NCBI RefSeq assembly: GCF_009914755.1
Contig: NC_060928.1
DNA: 64,000 nt
Reading direction: 5' to 3' (one strand)
Source: the human T2T-CHM13v2.0 reference genome, Homo sapiens
A program made the position numbers and the translations under genes. Each line of letters begins with the position of its first letter. Positions within the stretch are counted from its first letter, which is position 1. Positions 61,575 through 64,000 of this stretch are shown here, one piece after another. Under the pieces are notes generated by a model. That model did not search any database. It was given only the letters and a program-made list of their open reading frames with translations, and was not told where the DNA came from.

Positions 61575-62110
61575 CAAATGAAAGTTTGCAAAGTTAGCAC
61601 TTTAGTTTTTGAGTTATTGAGATAAAATGTACCTACAAAGAAAAGCAGAAATTGCAAATGTATATTCTGGTAAACTTTGACAAATATATATACTCAAGTA
61701 ACTGTTTAAGATAGATAACATTTCTATCACACCAGGAAATTCCCTTTCCTTTTTTTCAACCTCTTTTATCTATAATCAACTCAGTTTTATCACTATTGAT
61801 TTCTAACATCATGATTCTTGAATTTATAATTGATCCCTTTAAAATTAATATTTGTGTGTAGTATGAAGTAGGAGTAGAGTAGTATTTTTCCTCATGAATT
61901 TTTTGTTTGTTTTTAAAGGACCATGTGTTAAAAAGACTTTTCTTTCTCTTCTGAATTGACCTGGTGCCTAAGCCAAAAATGTTTACATTTATAAAATCCC
62001 TATTCATTTTATTGATGTATTTGTCTACTATTATGTCAAAAATATACTCTCTTCATGACTATAGCTTTATAATAACTCCTGAAATCAGGCAATATAATTC
62101 CTCCAACATT
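61575..62110 (-). mobile_element. Old L1M fragments (3' end and ORF2), antisense
   Basis: aagatagataacatttctatcacaccaggaaattccct; ccatgtgttaaaaagact; catgactatagctttataataactcctgaaatcagg. Confidence 0.7.
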
Positions 62111-62174
62111 GATACTGTATTTTATGAATATTTGAATGATTACTGGTACTATACATTGGCACATATATTGTAGA

Positions 62175-62835
62175 ATATGCTTGAGAATACTGAAAAACCT
62201 GTTGAATAGCTTCAGAGTTTTAGTTTTCAAAATGAGAAGAGTTCTGTAGATGAATGATGGTGATGGTTGCACAAAAATATAAATATATTTAATGCTATTG
62301 AACAGTACACTTGAAAAATGGCACATTTTAAGTTTTATGCATTTTACCACGCTTTGAAATATTGCTAAACGAATGAATGATGGCTAAACAAAATGTAGGC
62401 CATCCATTCAATGGAATATTTTCCACCATAAAAAGGAATGAAGTGCTGATATATGCTACAACATTCATAAACCTTCACAAAAATTATGCTAAGTGAAAGA
62501 AATCAGACACAAAAGGACACATAGTGCACATAGTGCATAATTCCATTTATATAAAATGTTCAGAATAGGCAACTCTATAGAGACAAAGTAGATTTGTGAT
62601 TGCCAGAGACTGGGAGAAGAAAGGATCTGGGAGTGACTACTAACAGGTACAGGATGTTTTTGAGGGGTTTTGAAAATGTTTTGGAATTGTATGGTGGTGA
62701 TGGTTGCACCACCTTGTGAATATATGAAAAAACACTGAATTATACACTTTAGAATTGGGAGTTTTTATGTTATGTAGAATTTTTTGTTATATGATTTAGT
62801 TTTCATTTATAAAATGAATAAATGAAAGAAAAAAA
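62175..62835 (+). mobile_element. Two adjacent L1MB/L1ME-type 3' ends, sense, nested in the antisense L1M
   Basis: gagttctgtagatgaatgatggtgatggttgcacaa; ccataaaaaggaatgaagtgctgatatatgctacaac; cagaataggcaactctatagagac. Confidence 0.8.
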
Positions 62836-62839
62836 TTTA

Positions 62840-63620
62840 ATTTGGATTGATTTGAATCTTTCCATCAATATGAAAATAATGAATAATGAATGTTTCATTC
62901 ATTTTTAGTGTACAAGTTTTACACATACCTTGTAAATCATACCTAAGAATTTTATGTTTTTGATGTACTTTAAAAGTGGCATTTCAAAAATTGTTTGCAT
63001 TTTTTTCTAGAATACAAAAATAAAATTGATTATTGTTTATTTACCTTTTATCCTATGAGCTTGCTAAGTTTACTTACTAATTAATTATAGTATATTCGGT
63101 GAACAAGGGAGAGTGAAAAATTCCCTAGAATTTTGCAACAGTGCATAGTCTGTATATAGAAAGATGCTAACTTTTCAATCTTTATGTCGTTATTTTACTT
63201 CTTATTAACTAGGATACAACTTTGAATACAATGTTTAATAGAATGGCAAGAGCAGACATTCTTCAGAGAAAGAATTCAATATTTCACCCTTATTATAATG
63301 TTGCTATTGATATTTCATAGATATAATTTGACATTAATTAAATGACCTACTATTTCCAGTTTCCTGAGAGTGTTTAGAAAAAAGTGTGTGTTGAATGTTG
63401 TCAAATGTGTTGTCTTCATCTATTGAGATGATATTATTTTTTCTCATTTATGTGTACATTTATATTAATTTATTTTCAAAAAAAAAATCCAGCCCTGCAT
63501 TCTTGAGATAAACTCAGACTGGTTTTGATGAAAACACTAACATTTTATTAAGGCTATTTGTTTTCATATTTACAAAGAATGTTAATTTGTCATTTTTTAT
63601 GACATTATCTAAATTCATGT
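62840..63620 (-). mobile_element. Old L1M ORF2 antisense, continuation
   Basis: ttgaatctttccatcaatatga; tacaatgtttaatagaatggcaagagcagacattctt; catctattgagatgat; ccagccctgcattcttgagataaac. Confidence 0.75.
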
Positions 63621-64000
63621 TTATCATTTTATCTCTTGGTCATATAAACATGTGTCTGCATATGTTTTTATATAGAAATGTGCATGTATTTGGTTTTGTT
63701 TTGTTGTTTTGTTTTTTTGTTGTTGGATTGTCAGTTTCAGTGAGTTCATTAGTTTGATTTTATAGTGGGAACTGGAGCAGTTCTTTTCTTAACACATGAA
63801 TGAGTCTTTAACAGTCACAGAACTAGAGTCTGGTAAAACACAAGCCATCTATGAGGCTGCCTCCTTCCTTTCCAAATTTATTGCAAAAGATTATGGTGTG
63901 GAACCCTAGACAAAGAAGCAAATTCTTGTCTGGTTTGAATCTTGTCAACAGTGGAGAAAGAAAGTGTGAATTAATCAAGCCAACAACAGCTTACACAACC

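Noticed and set aside
62175-62835. Repeated motif atggtg(a/g)tgatggttgcac as a local duplication
   Set aside because: Shared 3' UTR motif of two adjacent old L1 3' ends

Overview
AT-rich primate (very probably human) nuclear DNA from an intergenic or deep intronic region. No host protein-coding gene, RNA gene, CpG island or CRISPR array is recognisable. Roughly half the window is transposable-element debris: nine Alus (four clearly truncated), a near-full-length old L1MA (about 50.4-57.6 kb, minus, with a surviving target-site duplication), and a doubly truncated L1PA (38.5-42.2 kb, minus, disrupted ORF1/ORF2). There are also older L1M, L2 and MIR fragments, a MER20B-like DNA transposon, and several solo LTRs (THE1/MST, MLT2, MLT1, MER4-like and a well-preserved HERV-W LTR17). 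All ORFs in the track are L1-, Alu- or LTR-derived or chance. I did not find a convincing new biological system. The best leads are (i) two tail-less insertions (L1PA and AluY) in collinear host elements, (ii) a foreign ~215-bp segment with a near-consensus mini-intron inside the L1MA, and (iii) a speculative + strand non-coding transcript from the LTR17 promoter using two well-formed candidate exons. Subfamily names come from remembered consensus motifs, not a database search, and boundaries of old elements are approximate.
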